DNA of 64,000 bases from a virus: the IMG/VR virus record IMGVR_UViG_3300029858_000005; one strand, given 5' to 3'. The position numbers and the translations under genes are program-made. Numbering within the stretch: position 1 is the first letter of the stretch; each line of letters begins with the position of its first letter. Below the pieces are notes generated by a model that saw only the letters and a list, made by a program, of their open reading frames with translations, was not told the DNA's origin and did not search any database. Below are positions 10,501 through 19,774 of the stretch, one piece after another.

Positions 10501-12454
10501 CAGCAAGATCATGCTGCCTTGCCATGAAAATCTCATCAACCTTAGGCTGATAGACGTACCTTGTGTAGTCGTTCTTGTCAATGAATGCTATGGCGTATTT
10601 AAGGAGCTTCAGAGACGCAGCATTGACATACGAATCAGGAAGTGTGATGCCGGTAAGAACGAAATGGTCGCCTTTCTTGATAGGGTAGTCCTTGTATGGA
10701 AACCAAAGCTCAAGAGCGTCGTCCTTTACTCTTTCAATAGTAAGCCTCCATCTTCCATCAATCTTGGTTGAGGATGCTACCTTGAATGTTCGTCCGCCAC
10801 ACATACCATCCTTCATCGAGATGGAGAAGTCGTCATCCTTTAAGTCGTTGATATCAAAATCGATAGCCTTTTTAAGATAGATATCAACATTCTTTACGGT
10901 TTCATTATCGCCAAATCTTCCGTCATCATCAGGAGCCACACCCTCATCAATCTCATCAACACGTACGCCACCGATTTCCATCTCCTCGATAGTAGGGTAG
11001 ATTTCAATAACTCCATTTGTCTTATCATCTGTTTCAAAGAACTGCGATGCAGAACGAAGACCAATCTGCTCGATGTTGATAGAATCGATGTATGGCCTGT
11101 GCGGATCTGTGGAGAATTTATGCTGTCTCCCGGTAGGATTCACGTACTTCTTCTCTTTATCCGTGAGTGTGTTATAGAAATCACTCAGCGATACATGAGG
11201 GAATCCAGGCAACATAAGTCTGTTGATGGACATGTTGTTCGGAAGATTCTTTGCGTACTCCTTCATGGACGAAGGAACATTTTTCTTGTTGAGGCCCGAT
11301 GTGATATACATCTTTGTGTTTCCGGCCTCGACCTGCGCAATAAACGCATCAAGCTTCTCCTTTGACTCCTCATCTCCGGTGTCAGTCTGTGTTCCCTTCA
11401 GCTCAGAATAGAATCTACATTTTTTAGAGCCGTATCCCTGTGTTACATAACCGGTAATCTCAGTCTTGAAATCAAATGTAACCTTAAGTACCCAACCGGA
11501 AGACTGCTCGCCAGTTTCTGGAGAAACAATATACTTTCTCGGATTCTTGAAATATGTCTCTATATAATCGAGGTCCAGTTCAAGTTCAACATTCGTGCTG
11601 GCTCCGACGACTTTCGTGATGTTCGCCACGTACTTGACACCGAGGTCAGCATAGTAGTGGGAAGGAAGATTCTTCTCGGAACCATAGGCTCTCAATCTCG
11701 TAACGACACTCTGGTCGGAATCAGCGTTCTGAACAATCTCATATAATCCATTACCGAGGCCATACTTGAAGATATGGCTTGCCTGTATTCCGGTAGTACC
11801 GACATAGATGTTTCTTCCTCTGACGATGAAGTTTATGTCCCACTTCTCGTTCACAAGCGCAAGGGCCTGCCAACAGGTCTGCGAATCCACTGTAATGGAC
11901 ATCGATTCGATGACGTTATCGTCGGTTTTCTCACCATAAACCGACAACCACTCACTTTCAAGGGCTCCACGCTGAACGGAACGGTCCTTGTTTCGGGAGT
12001 AAATCTTCCAAAGACCTGCACCAATCTGCTCGTTTAAGCATGCCTGGATTCTGTCTAGCAAATCATCCAAAGTCTGTACATAGAATGGAAATTTCGGCAG
12101 GGCAGTGTAGTGAAGCTCGTTATCGTTCAATACCACATCGAGGAACTCTGCCCTGGCAAGCTCATCCTGCAATGCATTGAACTTTACGCTGTCATATACG
12201 AAGCCCTCACCGTAGGTGTCAGGTCTTGCCTGCTTATCTTTGCCCGGCTCGTAGTTGAGCTCAAACCGCTCGCCACGATAGACAATATAGTCGCCTATCT
12301 GAAAGTTGATAGGCACTTCATGCTTGAAGTTGATAGTCAAAAAACACTCACCCATCCAGGAATCAGAGTACTCCAATCCATGAACGGTTATCTGCTCTCC
12401 GTTAACGTCTGTCAGCTTCGAGCCATCCTTATGATAAATATTCCAAGCGCTCAT
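4577..12454 (-). CDS. giant tail-tip (Tal-like) / tail-fibre protein with C-terminal peptidase-S74 intramolecular chaperone domain
   Basis: 2625-aa ORF directly after the Dit-like gene. It has tandem ~33-aa repeats (ISVSGSGNA[VI]TSV...FLTSHQSL) and two ASSAGN[SA]DTVDG[YL]H fibre motifs. The C-terminal ~130 aa (SSDIRLKQDL...GWIAQHV...coiled coil) resemble the self-cleaving S74 chaperone of tail fibres and endosialidases. Confidence 0.9.
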   Translation of the reverse strand: MSAWNIYHKDGSKLTDVNGEQITVHGLEYSDSWMGECFLTINFKHEVPINFQIGDYIVYRGERFELNYEPGKDKQARPDTYGEGFVYDSVKFNALQDELARAEFLDVVLNDNELHYTALPKFPFYVQTLDDLLDRIQACLNEQIGAGLWKIYSRNKDRSVQRGALESEWLSVYGEKTDDNVIESMSITVDSQTCWQALALVNEKWDINFIVRGRNIYVGTTGIQASHIFKYGLGNGLYEIVQNADSDQSVVTRLRAYGSEKNLPSHYYADLGVKYVANITKVVGASTNVELELDLDYIETYFKNPRKYIVSPETGEQSSGWVLKVTFDFKTEITGYVTQGYGSKKCRFYSELKGTQTDTGDEESKEKLDAFIAQVEAGNTKMYITSGLNKKNVPSSMKEYAKNLPNNMSINRLMLPGFPHVSLSDFYNTLTDKEKKYVNPTGRQHKFSTDPHRPYIDSINIEQIGLRSASQFFETDDKTNGVIEIYPTIEEMEIGGVRVDEIDEGVAPDDDGRFGDNETVKNVDIYLKKAIDFDINDLKDDDFSISMKDGMCGGRTFKVASSTKIDGRWRLTIERVKDDALELWFPYKDYPIKKGDHFVLTGITLPDSYVNAASLKLLKYAIAFIDKNDYTRYVYQPKVDEIFMARQHDLAEKDTTGVIKSLHDTLKAGDLMEFEDTDLRIGGVISIDQLTIKEEDGKIPTYDITLREDKEVGTIQKIQQQISSLQSGNGGTGAGLTTTQVKGQIATEGSKHFISKINDDIANGTITWEKVQKFLQGLLVGGGSWTPDAEGRSHLITDYLEVRMKAIFEELVINKTSTIGGKEIISPAGGVVAHKVEEVTVTYNNVSQKAYRCYFLAEQDGDEVDNDFAVNDQVRSESFNVRKGTYHKAGNHFYWRLVIGRDEEPVELEGKKYHYIDLSDTDCATASDVPAKGDVLNQCGNRTDVERQNCLIFSAVDTYSPSISLYHGINSYSFANREYVEYGVNKQNNKAFFNVYGDMYVGDRPTKENGYEGSSYIRYDSSTKQMSVKAKISAKSTVDGKELSQYFKKIADLQNQVDGAIETWFYDGVPTLENAPAISWKTDKDKEIHLGDLYYDNKTGKAYRFAKDSNTYKWTIITDTDIAKALSDARMAQETANGKMKVFSVQPTTPYQVGDIWVNATYPSDGSTYKNEVLRCQTNKAAGSQFAIGDWIKASKYTDDTVANAAKKAAENAQKAAQTAQTDITNLGKTVTDNKKEFDNYVTDGYLEPSEIAAMAQDSKRLEDDFAAAQKSYNEVKEAEVLTNTKELTDLNTAFATLTTAKTELVTYLSDISARYNASDTNGKATIVSAVGTKFTNFQSTYSAFYDKLGLANAYITSKIYGDLKQNITDLAGYKYLKDALGQTTDIDGGLVMTTLLALRDGDGNVQSGINGAIDPNRGKKSIATWWGGQMVDKDYNSGNLTPATSLIRFDGSGYLANGAIWWDVSGKVHADPTSFIISEKNLGAYLIFFEPTWKEGSAGTSVADLVSLKPNAPFSKLGVSGDATFEGTISFHGIKLTYDSTNKAIKIDGNLYATGGITAYGAGASTTGGGGGLNGSVKSYSNALKLTSESLSEIASAYSIKALDSRISSLEGGSATAISVSGSGNAVTSVTKDGTTISVVKGSTFLTSHQSLDGYVNAISVSGSGNAITSVSKSGKGITFTKGATFLTSHQSLANYYTKSSVDSLLSGKSATSHTHSVKINGVTKTIAASGGAAVDLGTYLTSHQSLNGYATQSWVKSQGYLTSHQDVSILNMANDRYYSNNAYGINMRNSDIIGVNSVYTQDLSDSPTEAILFCRSNGNYDGIRAANGVLYFSNNVVRTTSKYDAEYEVYHKGNLTKLSQLTNDKNFVTGSVSGQTITINGVSTTWQNTWRGITDSYSGTSTGTSLSQKGANSLYNALHNGYASSAGNSDTVDGYHASGLLTALSNSDKGISITVGGTTKSISNISVNYASSAGNADTVDGLHGTDGRTFNGNINWSPNWNDVWSDGTNKHPWYGFDHRYPNTGAYSTTITDYFGMTIKTANTLRLDYGKLLLNGTDIHNINVASATKLAAARTIWGQSFDGTGNVNGTIYINNSDSENGAIILNNNVNANARISAIKDQVVFNTGAAIRFGAADWEYSDWAGLKYDTVANAIYLGIADGTVFNYYSNKRSNGTLKFPGITTITPDAGARIGGSGGDLYLGNANNSNWVKVQDICSHNGSNYWYIYQNGNAHFTSIDINSGATFNGPVKVNNMLTARGTMFTTSDSNVYGTSLQNWDGSIGANVTNMFNGIPQDNIQVEYSTDNGASWNTYPGNPENRFNLVNDNVRVFNYFLGSDNMIGNTEADKLAQIKKNQLRVTVKIPDEIYQELSWISIDVNNGVDIKCQVYFGSSTGGYKEYVSKIIKGWAHKCDICVGPLNVNVGNDTYRYVRLVFSHPSNNTNLRNGIVVKIRALALTKYSYNGDRYTISTTGHIYDYDAYMNTYFPNSILAKGGVTAYQSSDIRLKQDLRKLDYLGIIKAMGGTFSFAWKKDNTRSIGWIAQHVLCNPHLKDIVETDEKGYYKINYWSPKLIATAFGAIEQVGDEVSRLKARVVFLESEVLRLSGDKEDCNKKRLDNKNINLLN

Positions 12455-12461
12455 CTGTATG

Positions 12462-12950
12462 CTATACTAAATTTGAAATATTGCCCTGTGTATCCTTAAT
12501 CGGCTTAATATCAGTAACAGGGTCGTTAAACTTGAAAGTAATAGAGAGGACTAGCAAGTCCTCGTTATCCGGATCTCTATATAGGTTTGGATCAATATCC
12601 TTAAGTCTTACATGCTGTCTTCCGATTCTATTGAAGTCGCAATACATCTTCATCATGCCTGACTTGCGGATGTAATCAATAAAAGCCTTACATTTCTCGT
12701 TAGCGCCGAAAGCCTCGCCGTGGAACATAAACTTTACCTTATTCTCGTATGCCGCCATATAAAGTCCATCCTTTCCGATATATTCGTCATCACCATGCTC
12801 ATCGTGCCACTCCCTTTTCGGTGGTTCCTTGACAGAATCGCAAGGCTTGAACGGGTTCTCGGAAACATACATGCCGAAGTCGGCGATGGAGTCCTTCACC
12901 TCATTCCCATCGCCTTCCTTCTGCATGTATATCCTGAAATATTCTTTCAT
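12462..12950 (-). CDS. distal tail protein (Dit)-like
   Basis: 162-aa ORF between the tape measure and the tail-tip gene, which is the canonical Dit position. No motif-level proof. Confidence 0.5.
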   Translation of the reverse strand: MKEYFRIYMQKEGDGNEVKDSIADFGMYVSENPFKPCDSVKEPPKREWHDEHGDDEYIGKDGLYMAAYENKVKFMFHGEAFGANEKCKAFIDYIRKSGMMKMYCDFNRIGRQHVRLKDIDPNLYRDPDNEDLLVLSITFKFNDPVTDIKPIKDTQGNISNLV

Positions 12951-12975
12951 ACCTTAAATCAACTTTTTACAATTG

Positions 12976-12983
12976 CAAATATA
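12976..12983 (-). promoter_or_regulatory. internal -7 promoter motif (TATATTTG on minus strand)
   Basis: Plus-strand caaatata in the 78-nt gap upstream of 12950. Confidence 0.35.
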
Positions 12984-13028
12984 CAAAATATTGCATAAAT
13001 ATGCAAGCAATATACGTATAAACATGCG

Positions 13029-13544
13029 TTAATTGAACTTAAAATCGTGTCTGTCCCTGATATTGACTGGTCCGGTAGCTTTCACGACTGTTCCTCCGTA
13101 TTGGTAGACGAAGCACTTCGCGGTATCTTCGCATTCAACATGAAGCTCTGCACCATCTAACAGATTGACAAACACCCTGGAGAATCCCTTAACCTTCAGG
13201 TAAAGTGAAGAGTTGTGCCTTACATATATCTCACCACTATCCATCCAGTCATAGCTGATATTTGCTACGCACTCTCCATTGAGGATGACAACCTTCGGAT
13301 TTTGCAGGTCAACGTTCTCGTCAACATACACACCATGATCATGAATGACATCACCAAAGTACTTCTTCATATCCTTGGTCGAAGGCCAGTTCTTTCCGAT
13401 ACAGAAGTCAATACCCTTAACAAACTTCTCGACCATCTCATGCTTGGATGAGTTGTCGTGCCACTCGGCGGTCCACTGAGCGCAAAGACCCAGTGAAACC
13501 GCCTCGTTCTTCATTCTGTCTGATAAATTTCTTTTTTCAAACAT
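13029..13544 (-). CDS. tail-module protein, unknown function
   Basis: 171-aa ORF starting 2 nt after the tape-measure stop. Confidence 0.6.
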   Translation of the reverse strand: MFEKRNLSDRMKNEAVSLGLCAQWTAEWHDNSSKHEMVEKFVKGIDFCIGKNWPSTKDMKKYFGDVIHDHGVYVDENVDLQNPKVVILNGECVANISYDWMDSGEIYVRHNSSLYLKVKGFSRVFVNLLDGAELHVECEDTAKCFVYQYGGTVVKATGPVNIRDRHDFKFN

Positions 13545-13546
13545 AA

Positions 13547-16500
13547 TTATTTCATTTTTAAAGATTTCGTACCATTGATAACTCTGTTGAAGTTATCGTT
13601 ATACTCAATGAAAATTTTCTCGATTCTCTCTGCTGCATCTGCATTGCGCAAGGTATTCCTAGCAATAAGGTTGAGCTGCGTGAGCTGAGATTTTGAAATC
13701 TCGCTCATCTCAGGAAGGAACTTGCCCTGCATTTCCCTGATTACAGAGACATCAAGTCTAATCGCGTTAAGATAGGATGCAAAAAGATCACCTGTCTCCT
13801 CGGTAATGCCTTTTATCGAGTTGGTCAAAGAGGAACTTCCGTTTTCTCTCAAATCAAGTCCCTTTTCCTTTAGAGCATCGAAGATACCGGTTAACTGAGG
13901 AACTACATTTTCGCCAACTTGGTAGAGCTTGTCAGCAAAATCGTCCATGTCGGTCTCATCAAGTTTACCCTTTTCATCAAGGATACCTGTAAGCCATTCG
14001 AGAGGTTTTTCAAGTGCCTTCTCCATGATTTTCTGAGATACAATATTCTTCGTAACTTCGCGAACCATTTCCTTGACCTTATTCTTGTAAGCCTCAACCG
14101 CATCTTCCCCCTTAGTCCATGCGCTTACAACAGTATCAGTCAGCTGATTTCCCCAACTCTTCATATCGATAGAGTAAACGTCTTTAAGGAAGTCCTGTGC
14201 GAACGTCTTAATCTGCAACTGCATCTCCTTGATTTGCTGGTCGTAGTCAGCAATCTTATCCTTGTCCGTCTTTTTCTTATCCTCCTCAGCTTGTCTCTGC
14301 TTTCTCAACTCGTCTTCCTGAGCGTGGAGTAGGGCGAGCTGATCTGCGTATGCGGAAGGATTCGTCTCTGTCTTCATTACAGCGTCATAAGTCTCCTTGC
14401 TGTAGTGACTGAAGTTGTGACCTCCAAAGAAATTCTTTCCAATATCTGTCTTAGAAAAAGAATCCCAAGCCTTATAGTCATTCTTGACATCGTTGAGCTT
14501 TTTATTCGCATCGGAAGACCTATTGTAAGAATAGATTCCACCGAGTGTCTTTTCAATAACGGAACTGATATTGCTAGATAGGTTCTTCAATTCATTCAGC
14601 TGTCTCTCTGCAAGCTTTATCTGTCTGTCGAGCTTGGCATCATGAGCCTTTGCAAACGCCTTAATAGGAGAGGTAAATATGCCAGTGACACCGGCAAGGA
14701 TTCCACCAACGTTGCCGGACTCCGCGCTTGTTACCACCTTTGACAGTGAACTTGACATGCCGGAGAATGTCTCGAAGAACGCAGAAGCGTCCTGCCATCC
14801 ATCAGACTCAGTGTCAGCTCCGAGAAGGGAAGCAGTCTCTTTGATGTCATTGAATGCTTCACTCATTCCCTGGACATTCTGGTCGATAATACTTACTACG
14901 TTAGCAAACTTATCAAGAGACTCCTTTGCTTTTGTTCCATCCTTAAACAGAATCTCAGCAGCTTTCATCATAGCCTTTCCGCTGTCAATCATGCTGTCAC
15001 CACGCTTGATGAAGTTTTCGTCTCCCATTTTGAGACCAAGTTCACGAACCTTCTTTCCTTCAGCAATTTTACTTGCTGCGATGGTCATCTGCTCGCTGGC
15101 ATCAGAAATCTTCTGCTCAGCCATTCCCTTCAGGCCACCATTGAGGAAAGTCTTCTTTGGACTCGTCAGCTTCGATAACTGCTCATCAAGCTGCTTGATT
15201 TCCTTGGCGTACTCTCTAGCATCAATGGCTCCGCTTTGTAGAGCCTCATTGATATTCTGCCTGATTCTTGCTCCGATAGTCTGAGCCTTATCCATACCGA
15301 GAGACACGATGGCTCCGTAGAAGTTGAGATAATCAGAAGAGTTCTTGAACTTGTCAAGCTTAACCTGACCAATCTCCTTGTCTCTCTGAATCTCATATCT
15401 CGCCTTGATGCCAGGATCATTCGTCTTGCTGATAAGCTCGTTGTATCTCTCCCTTATCTTCAAGATTTTATCCTCATAATCTTCTGTCTTCTCAATGATG
15501 TCGGCGGCATCTTGCAAAGACTTAACATAATTACCACGGAGGAGTTCTGTAATTTTTTTCCACTCTTCGTACTGATTTGGCTGCTTAAGCTTTTTCTCAG
15601 CTTCTCCGTCAGTCATGCTGAGAGAATCCTGAAGATTGAATATCTCATGGTAGTGAGCGTAATACTCGTCCATAAGAGATTGAGTCTTGTCATCCATCTG
15701 GAAAGCGTCAATCCATGCGGACTCAGCAAAGAACTTGCTGCCTGTCTTTTCGAGAAGACTCTTGTACAAATCCCAACGTTCTGACAGCTTGTTCATGGAC
15801 TCATTGAAGTCAGCTGCCTTTCTCTCATACTCCTTCTTGTCCTTCTCGTCGAAGAGCCACTCTGCAACCTCACGATAGATGGAAGTTTGGAACTTCTTTC
15901 TCTCGGTGGTGTTTATACTGAATCCTTCAAGGAGAGAATGGACAGCCTTCTGATAGTCGTCAAGATTAAGACCGGTAACCTCCGGGAAGAGATTATAAGT
16001 CTTCTTCTTTGCCTCTTCATCAGACATTATGCTCTTGTACTTCTGATACATCTGCCTTGCAGACTTCAAGCTGCTAAGGCGTTCCTGCAAGCGTTTGAGC
16101 TCAGTATCTTCTTCGCGACCATTCTTGTTTTTACCCTTACCGAAGTGACCAGTAACCTTATTCTTTCCTACATCAAGACTTATTCCAGACTGAGCCGCTA
16201 TTGCTTCAAGCATTCGCTGCTCCCTTACGTATGGTTGCCTGTCGCCTGCATTCTTTGCATTGTCGTTCTCGTCACGGACCTCCTTATATCTCTTTCTTAC
16301 AGCCTCTCCGAATGAAGTCCATCCGTTACTATTTCCTCCATTCAGATTGTGGAGATACTCGGCCATTTCCTTCTGCCAGAAACCACCTGTTCCTCCTTTA
16401 AGCTTTCCTGCCTTTTGTAGCTTGCCGAAGACTTTTCTTTCGATAGTTCCTACTTTGTTAGGGTTCTTCCAAACTTTTGGACCAGTATTGCCTTCTTGTG

Positions 16501-19500
16501 GCTTTGCTTTTCCTATGTTCAAAATAGCCATAGCTACGCTTTGAAGTCTCGCTACAAGACCAGGAACTTTCTTGTTCGCCTCAGATAACATTTGGTCAAG
16601 CATGGTTCTGAACTTATCCGGGTGCTGTTTGCACCACCTTGAGAACTCAACCATGTCCATATTCCTACTCTTGGCCATATATTCGAGATATTTAGGAATA
16701 TCGTCGGTAGCTATCTCGCCGAAATTCGCTCCAAAATGCCGAAGGTCGTCTTCCAAATTTTCAAGACTTCCCTTCATGTCTTTGTTTCCGTTGCTTACTT
16801 TGTCAACAAAGTGACGCCAGGTTGCAGCCCCTTTTCCGCCAGTTGTATATAGCGTGTATAGTTTTTCCTCGAATGTCATACCTGCCGCCCTTGCTCCAAG
16901 CATCGAGTTTGCCACTTTCTCCATAGAGCTTTTTGTGGAATCGCCGAATTTCTCCATCTTCATCTGGAGCTGAGCAAGGTTCCCTGCGACGTCGTTTATG
17001 TTCTCGTCAATATCGTCTTGACCGATACCAGTCCATTGGCCGAACCAACTTGCTCCACCTGCGAATCCAGCACCAGAAGCCTTCTTTGCCTTTGCGAAGT
17101 TCTCTCCTTCGCTTGGAGTGAAATTATTCTCATTCCTAGCGTCAATGATTTTCTGTTTTAAGATATCATACTCCTTGCCGAGGTCATCAGTACTATCTAT
17201 CTGTTCCTTAATGGAGTCTGTATAGAGTCCGCTCTGTTTAAGGACATCAGTCATCTTGTCTACCTGTTGCTGAAGAGCCTCGCCAGTGCCTTTATTGCCA
17301 ACTTCCGATAACGTATCAGATAGTGTCTTTACTGTTGTTTTTGCAGTCTCGTTTATCCTATCGGTATCCTGTTTGATGCTGTCCTTGAACTGACTATATG
17401 CCGAATACAGAGCCGTTCCTATAGTAATACCAAGTGTTGCAATATTCCATCCTGAGAAGAATCCTCCAAGCTTTCCTTTTGCCTGGTTAACAGCAAGCGA
17501 CATTCTTGCCCTTGTTCCTTCTTTAGTTATAAGCTCGGACTCCTTTGCGCTTATCATACCCATAAGGCGAAGCTGTTCGATCATCTCCTTGGATATTAGA
17601 CCCTCGCGGAAAGCTTTTTGCATCTTCAACGCGCTAAGTCTTCCCTCTAGTGCAGCTTGCTCTACAGCATTTCTGGTAATAATCTTGCTATTCAGCATTC
17701 CCTGGTAGTCAGCAATATTCTGCCTCATTATTTCCTGGGTTATCTTACCCTCAATGAGAGCTTGCTGCTGCTCTACGGCGAAAGTTCTTAGCTTTACCTG
17801 TTGTTCAGCACGCAAAGCTGCAAGGTTACTGCTTATACCAACTCTTGAAGCAATGGCTGTCGCACCCTTACGCAAAGCATACATAGCACCGAATGCAAGT
17901 GCTGCGTTAGAGACCTTATCCAAAGCCAAAACCAAATCTGTTGTTCTATTAATAAGGAATGAGAAAGTACCTCCGACAACACTCTTACCTTCTGCGAACT
18001 TTCCAAGCATAATGTCCCAGGCATCAATGAGCTTATTCCATCGACCAAGCAATGTTTCGGACAGAACGAACTGCATGTTGTAGAACTGGCCTCCCTCGTC
18101 TGTCATTTTCCAAAGCACTTTCTGGACATCCTCAAAGCTAACCTGTCTAGCACTAATCATCTTCTTGACATCTGCCTGGGTATAATTGTTCCTTCCGTTC
18201 TTTCCTTCTGAGTTATAAAGCTCAGTGATTCTCTGCAAAAGAGGAAGACCGGCGTAAGCAAACTGGCGCAACTCCTTACCATCGAGCCAAGAACGAGCCT
18301 TTACCTGGCCGAATGCCAAGCCCAATCGTCCGAAGTCTACGCCAAGACCAGATGCAATATCCGCAAGTCGTTTTGTGGTATCATACAAGTCATTTGCTTC
18401 GACTCCGAATGCAGCCAGCTGCTTTACATCTCGGTTCAGCTCTCCAAACTTGAATGGAGACTGCAACGCAAGCTGCTGAGTCTGAGCGAATAATTCGTCC
18501 GCCTTCTGCACATCTCCAAGGATAGAACGCAACGCAACATGCTGCTGAACAATCTCACCACCGGTCTGTACGATTGAATTAAAGAATTGCTGTGCGCCAA
18601 AGACAATACCTCCCTGTAAGAAGAGAGACTTGATGTCTCCGACTATGGATTGCATCTTCTTCGCTTCAGCGTTTGCTCCGGCGAATGCTGAAGCAAGGTC
18701 GTTTCGTGCTCTTGCAGCAGACTGAGCAATTTCCTGCTGACGCTTCTGTTCAAGCTCGATACCTTTCTGAACCTCTTGGTTTACTGCTTTCTGATCTTGA
18801 AGAACCCTAGAAGCTAATGTGGTATCGTGGCCACTACCGATATTGCCAAGCATACCGAGGCTATCCTTCCAGTTCTCTGAATTAAGTCTTCCCTTGATAT
18901 TTATAAGGGCTCTCATTAAAGAAAGAAGTCTGTTAATCTCGGCTTCAGCTTTACTAACATCTGCTCCGACAGAAATTCCTCGGCTGTATTCAGAGCGAAG
19001 CTGGCGAACCTTATTGCCGAGAGAATCATACCGACGCTCCGTGTTCTTCAAATCATTCTGGCGTTGTCTCTCTGCCTCTTTTGCCTCGCGTGCTGCGTCC
19101 TTTATAACCTTTGCATAAGTATTTGCTTTATCTATAGCATTAAGATACCCGGAACTCTTTACGATATCAGTTGCTGTGAGTCCTGTGATAGGATGAATAC
19201 CTCTGTTATTCCTGATCTGTTCTAACTCAGTTCTGTATTTAGACAGCTCTGACAACGACTGGCGTATGTTGTTCGTTGAATCGATGCCAAACAACTGTAT
19301 TCCTTCACCATGGCGTTTGTTGATTTCGTCAATAATAGAAGATAACTTATAAAGTTCTCTCTCTGCCTTGTTTGCCTCAGTGGAAACACTGTTAGGGAAT
19401 ATGTTGAATCCAGCACCTTCCTTAGACACCTCTCCAAGTATGCGGCCTATTTTGTACAGCCCGTCCTGGACAGACTCCAACTGCTGGAGTTTTTTCGAAC

Positions 19501-19756
19501 TGAAGAAATCTTCGCTTGAAAATACGCCAATGTTACGACGTAATTCTTTAACGAAGTTGTTTAGCTTTTCAAAACTACGACCTCCCTTATCTCCAATACC
19601 TTTTGTTGCTTCGGATATTGCTTCCAAAGCATTCTGTGCCTGCTTACCAGTAGAATCAACCTTGTTTAATTCTCTGATAATCTTTTTGGTTTCCTCTTCA
19701 ATTCTCGATTTTAGAGTGAGCGAGAAACTGAGGTCTCCCATATTTCCACCTGCCAT
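13547..19756 (-). CDS. tail tape measure protein
   Basis: 2069-aa ORF directly downstream of the frameshifted chaperone pair. Long helical/coiled-coil sequence with Gly/Ala-rich hydrophobic segments. Gene order is typical of siphoviruses. Confidence 0.9.
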   Translation of the reverse strand: MAGGNMGDLSFSLTLKSRIEEETKKIIRELNKVDSTGKQAQNALEAISEATKGIGDKGGRSFEKLNNFVKELRRNIGVFSSEDFFSSKKLQQLESVQDGLYKIGRILGEVSKEGAGFNIFPNSVSTEANKAERELYKLSSIIDEINKRHGEGIQLFGIDSTNNIRQSLSELSKYRTELEQIRNNRGIHPITGLTATDIVKSSGYLNAIDKANTYAKVIKDAAREAKEAERQRQNDLKNTERRYDSLGNKVRQLRSEYSRGISVGADVSKAEAEINRLLSLMRALINIKGRLNSENWKDSLGMLGNIGSGHDTTLASRVLQDQKAVNQEVQKGIELEQKRQQEIAQSAARARNDLASAFAGANAEAKKMQSIVGDIKSLFLQGGIVFGAQQFFNSIVQTGGEIVQQHVALRSILGDVQKADELFAQTQQLALQSPFKFGELNRDVKQLAAFGVEANDLYDTTKRLADIASGLGVDFGRLGLAFGQVKARSWLDGKELRQFAYAGLPLLQRITELYNSEGKNGRNNYTQADVKKMISARQVSFEDVQKVLWKMTDEGGQFYNMQFVLSETLLGRWNKLIDAWDIMLGKFAEGKSVVGGTFSFLINRTTDLVLALDKVSNAALAFGAMYALRKGATAIASRVGISSNLAALRAEQQVKLRTFAVEQQQALIEGKITQEIMRQNIADYQGMLNSKIITRNAVEQAALEGRLSALKMQKAFREGLISKEMIEQLRLMGMISAKESELITKEGTRARMSLAVNQAKGKLGGFFSGWNIATLGITIGTALYSAYSQFKDSIKQDTDRINETAKTTVKTLSDTLSEVGNKGTGEALQQQVDKMTDVLKQSGLYTDSIKEQIDSTDDLGKEYDILKQKIIDARNENNFTPSEGENFAKAKKASGAGFAGGASWFGQWTGIGQDDIDENINDVAGNLAQLQMKMEKFGDSTKSSMEKVANSMLGARAAGMTFEEKLYTLYTTGGKGAATWRHFVDKVSNGNKDMKGSLENLEDDLRHFGANFGEIATDDIPKYLEYMAKSRNMDMVEFSRWCKQHPDKFRTMLDQMLSEANKKVPGLVARLQSVAMAILNIGKAKPQEGNTGPKVWKNPNKVGTIERKVFGKLQKAGKLKGGTGGFWQKEMAEYLHNLNGGNSNGWTSFGEAVRKRYKEVRDENDNAKNAGDRQPYVREQRMLEAIAAQSGISLDVGKNKVTGHFGKGKNKNGREEDTELKRLQERLSSLKSARQMYQKYKSIMSDEEAKKKTYNLFPEVTGLNLDDYQKAVHSLLEGFSINTTERKKFQTSIYREVAEWLFDEKDKKEYERKAADFNESMNKLSERWDLYKSLLEKTGSKFFAESAWIDAFQMDDKTQSLMDEYYAHYHEIFNLQDSLSMTDGEAEKKLKQPNQYEEWKKITELLRGNYVKSLQDAADIIEKTEDYEDKILKIRERYNELISKTNDPGIKARYEIQRDKEIGQVKLDKFKNSSDYLNFYGAIVSLGMDKAQTIGARIRQNINEALQSGAIDAREYAKEIKQLDEQLSKLTSPKKTFLNGGLKGMAEQKISDASEQMTIAASKIAEGKKVRELGLKMGDENFIKRGDSMIDSGKAMMKAAEILFKDGTKAKESLDKFANVVSIIDQNVQGMSEAFNDIKETASLLGADTESDGWQDASAFFETFSGMSSSLSKVVTSAESGNVGGILAGVTGIFTSPIKAFAKAHDAKLDRQIKLAERQLNELKNLSSNISSVIEKTLGGIYSYNRSSDANKKLNDVKNDYKAWDSFSKTDIGKNFFGGHNFSHYSKETYDAVMKTETNPSAYADQLALLHAQEDELRKQRQAEEDKKKTDKDKIADYDQQIKEMQLQIKTFAQDFLKDVYSIDMKSWGNQLTDTVVSAWTKGEDAVEAYKNKVKEMVREVTKNIVSQKIMEKALEKPLEWLTGILDEKGKLDETDMDDFADKLYQVGENVVPQLTGIFDALKEKGLDLRENGSSSLTNSIKGITEETGDLFASYLNAIRLDVSVIREMQGKFLPEMSEISKSQLTQLNLIARNTLRNADAAERIEKIFIEYNDNFNRVINGTKSLKMK

Positions 19757-19774
19757 ATCCTGAATATTTTTAAA

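Noticed and set aside
4805-12499. Many 60-210-aa plus-strand ORFs inside the giant fibre gene (for example 7856..8470, 9188..9823, 10199..10771)
   Set aside because: All are antisense to a single uninterrupted 2625-codon ORF with recognisable domains.
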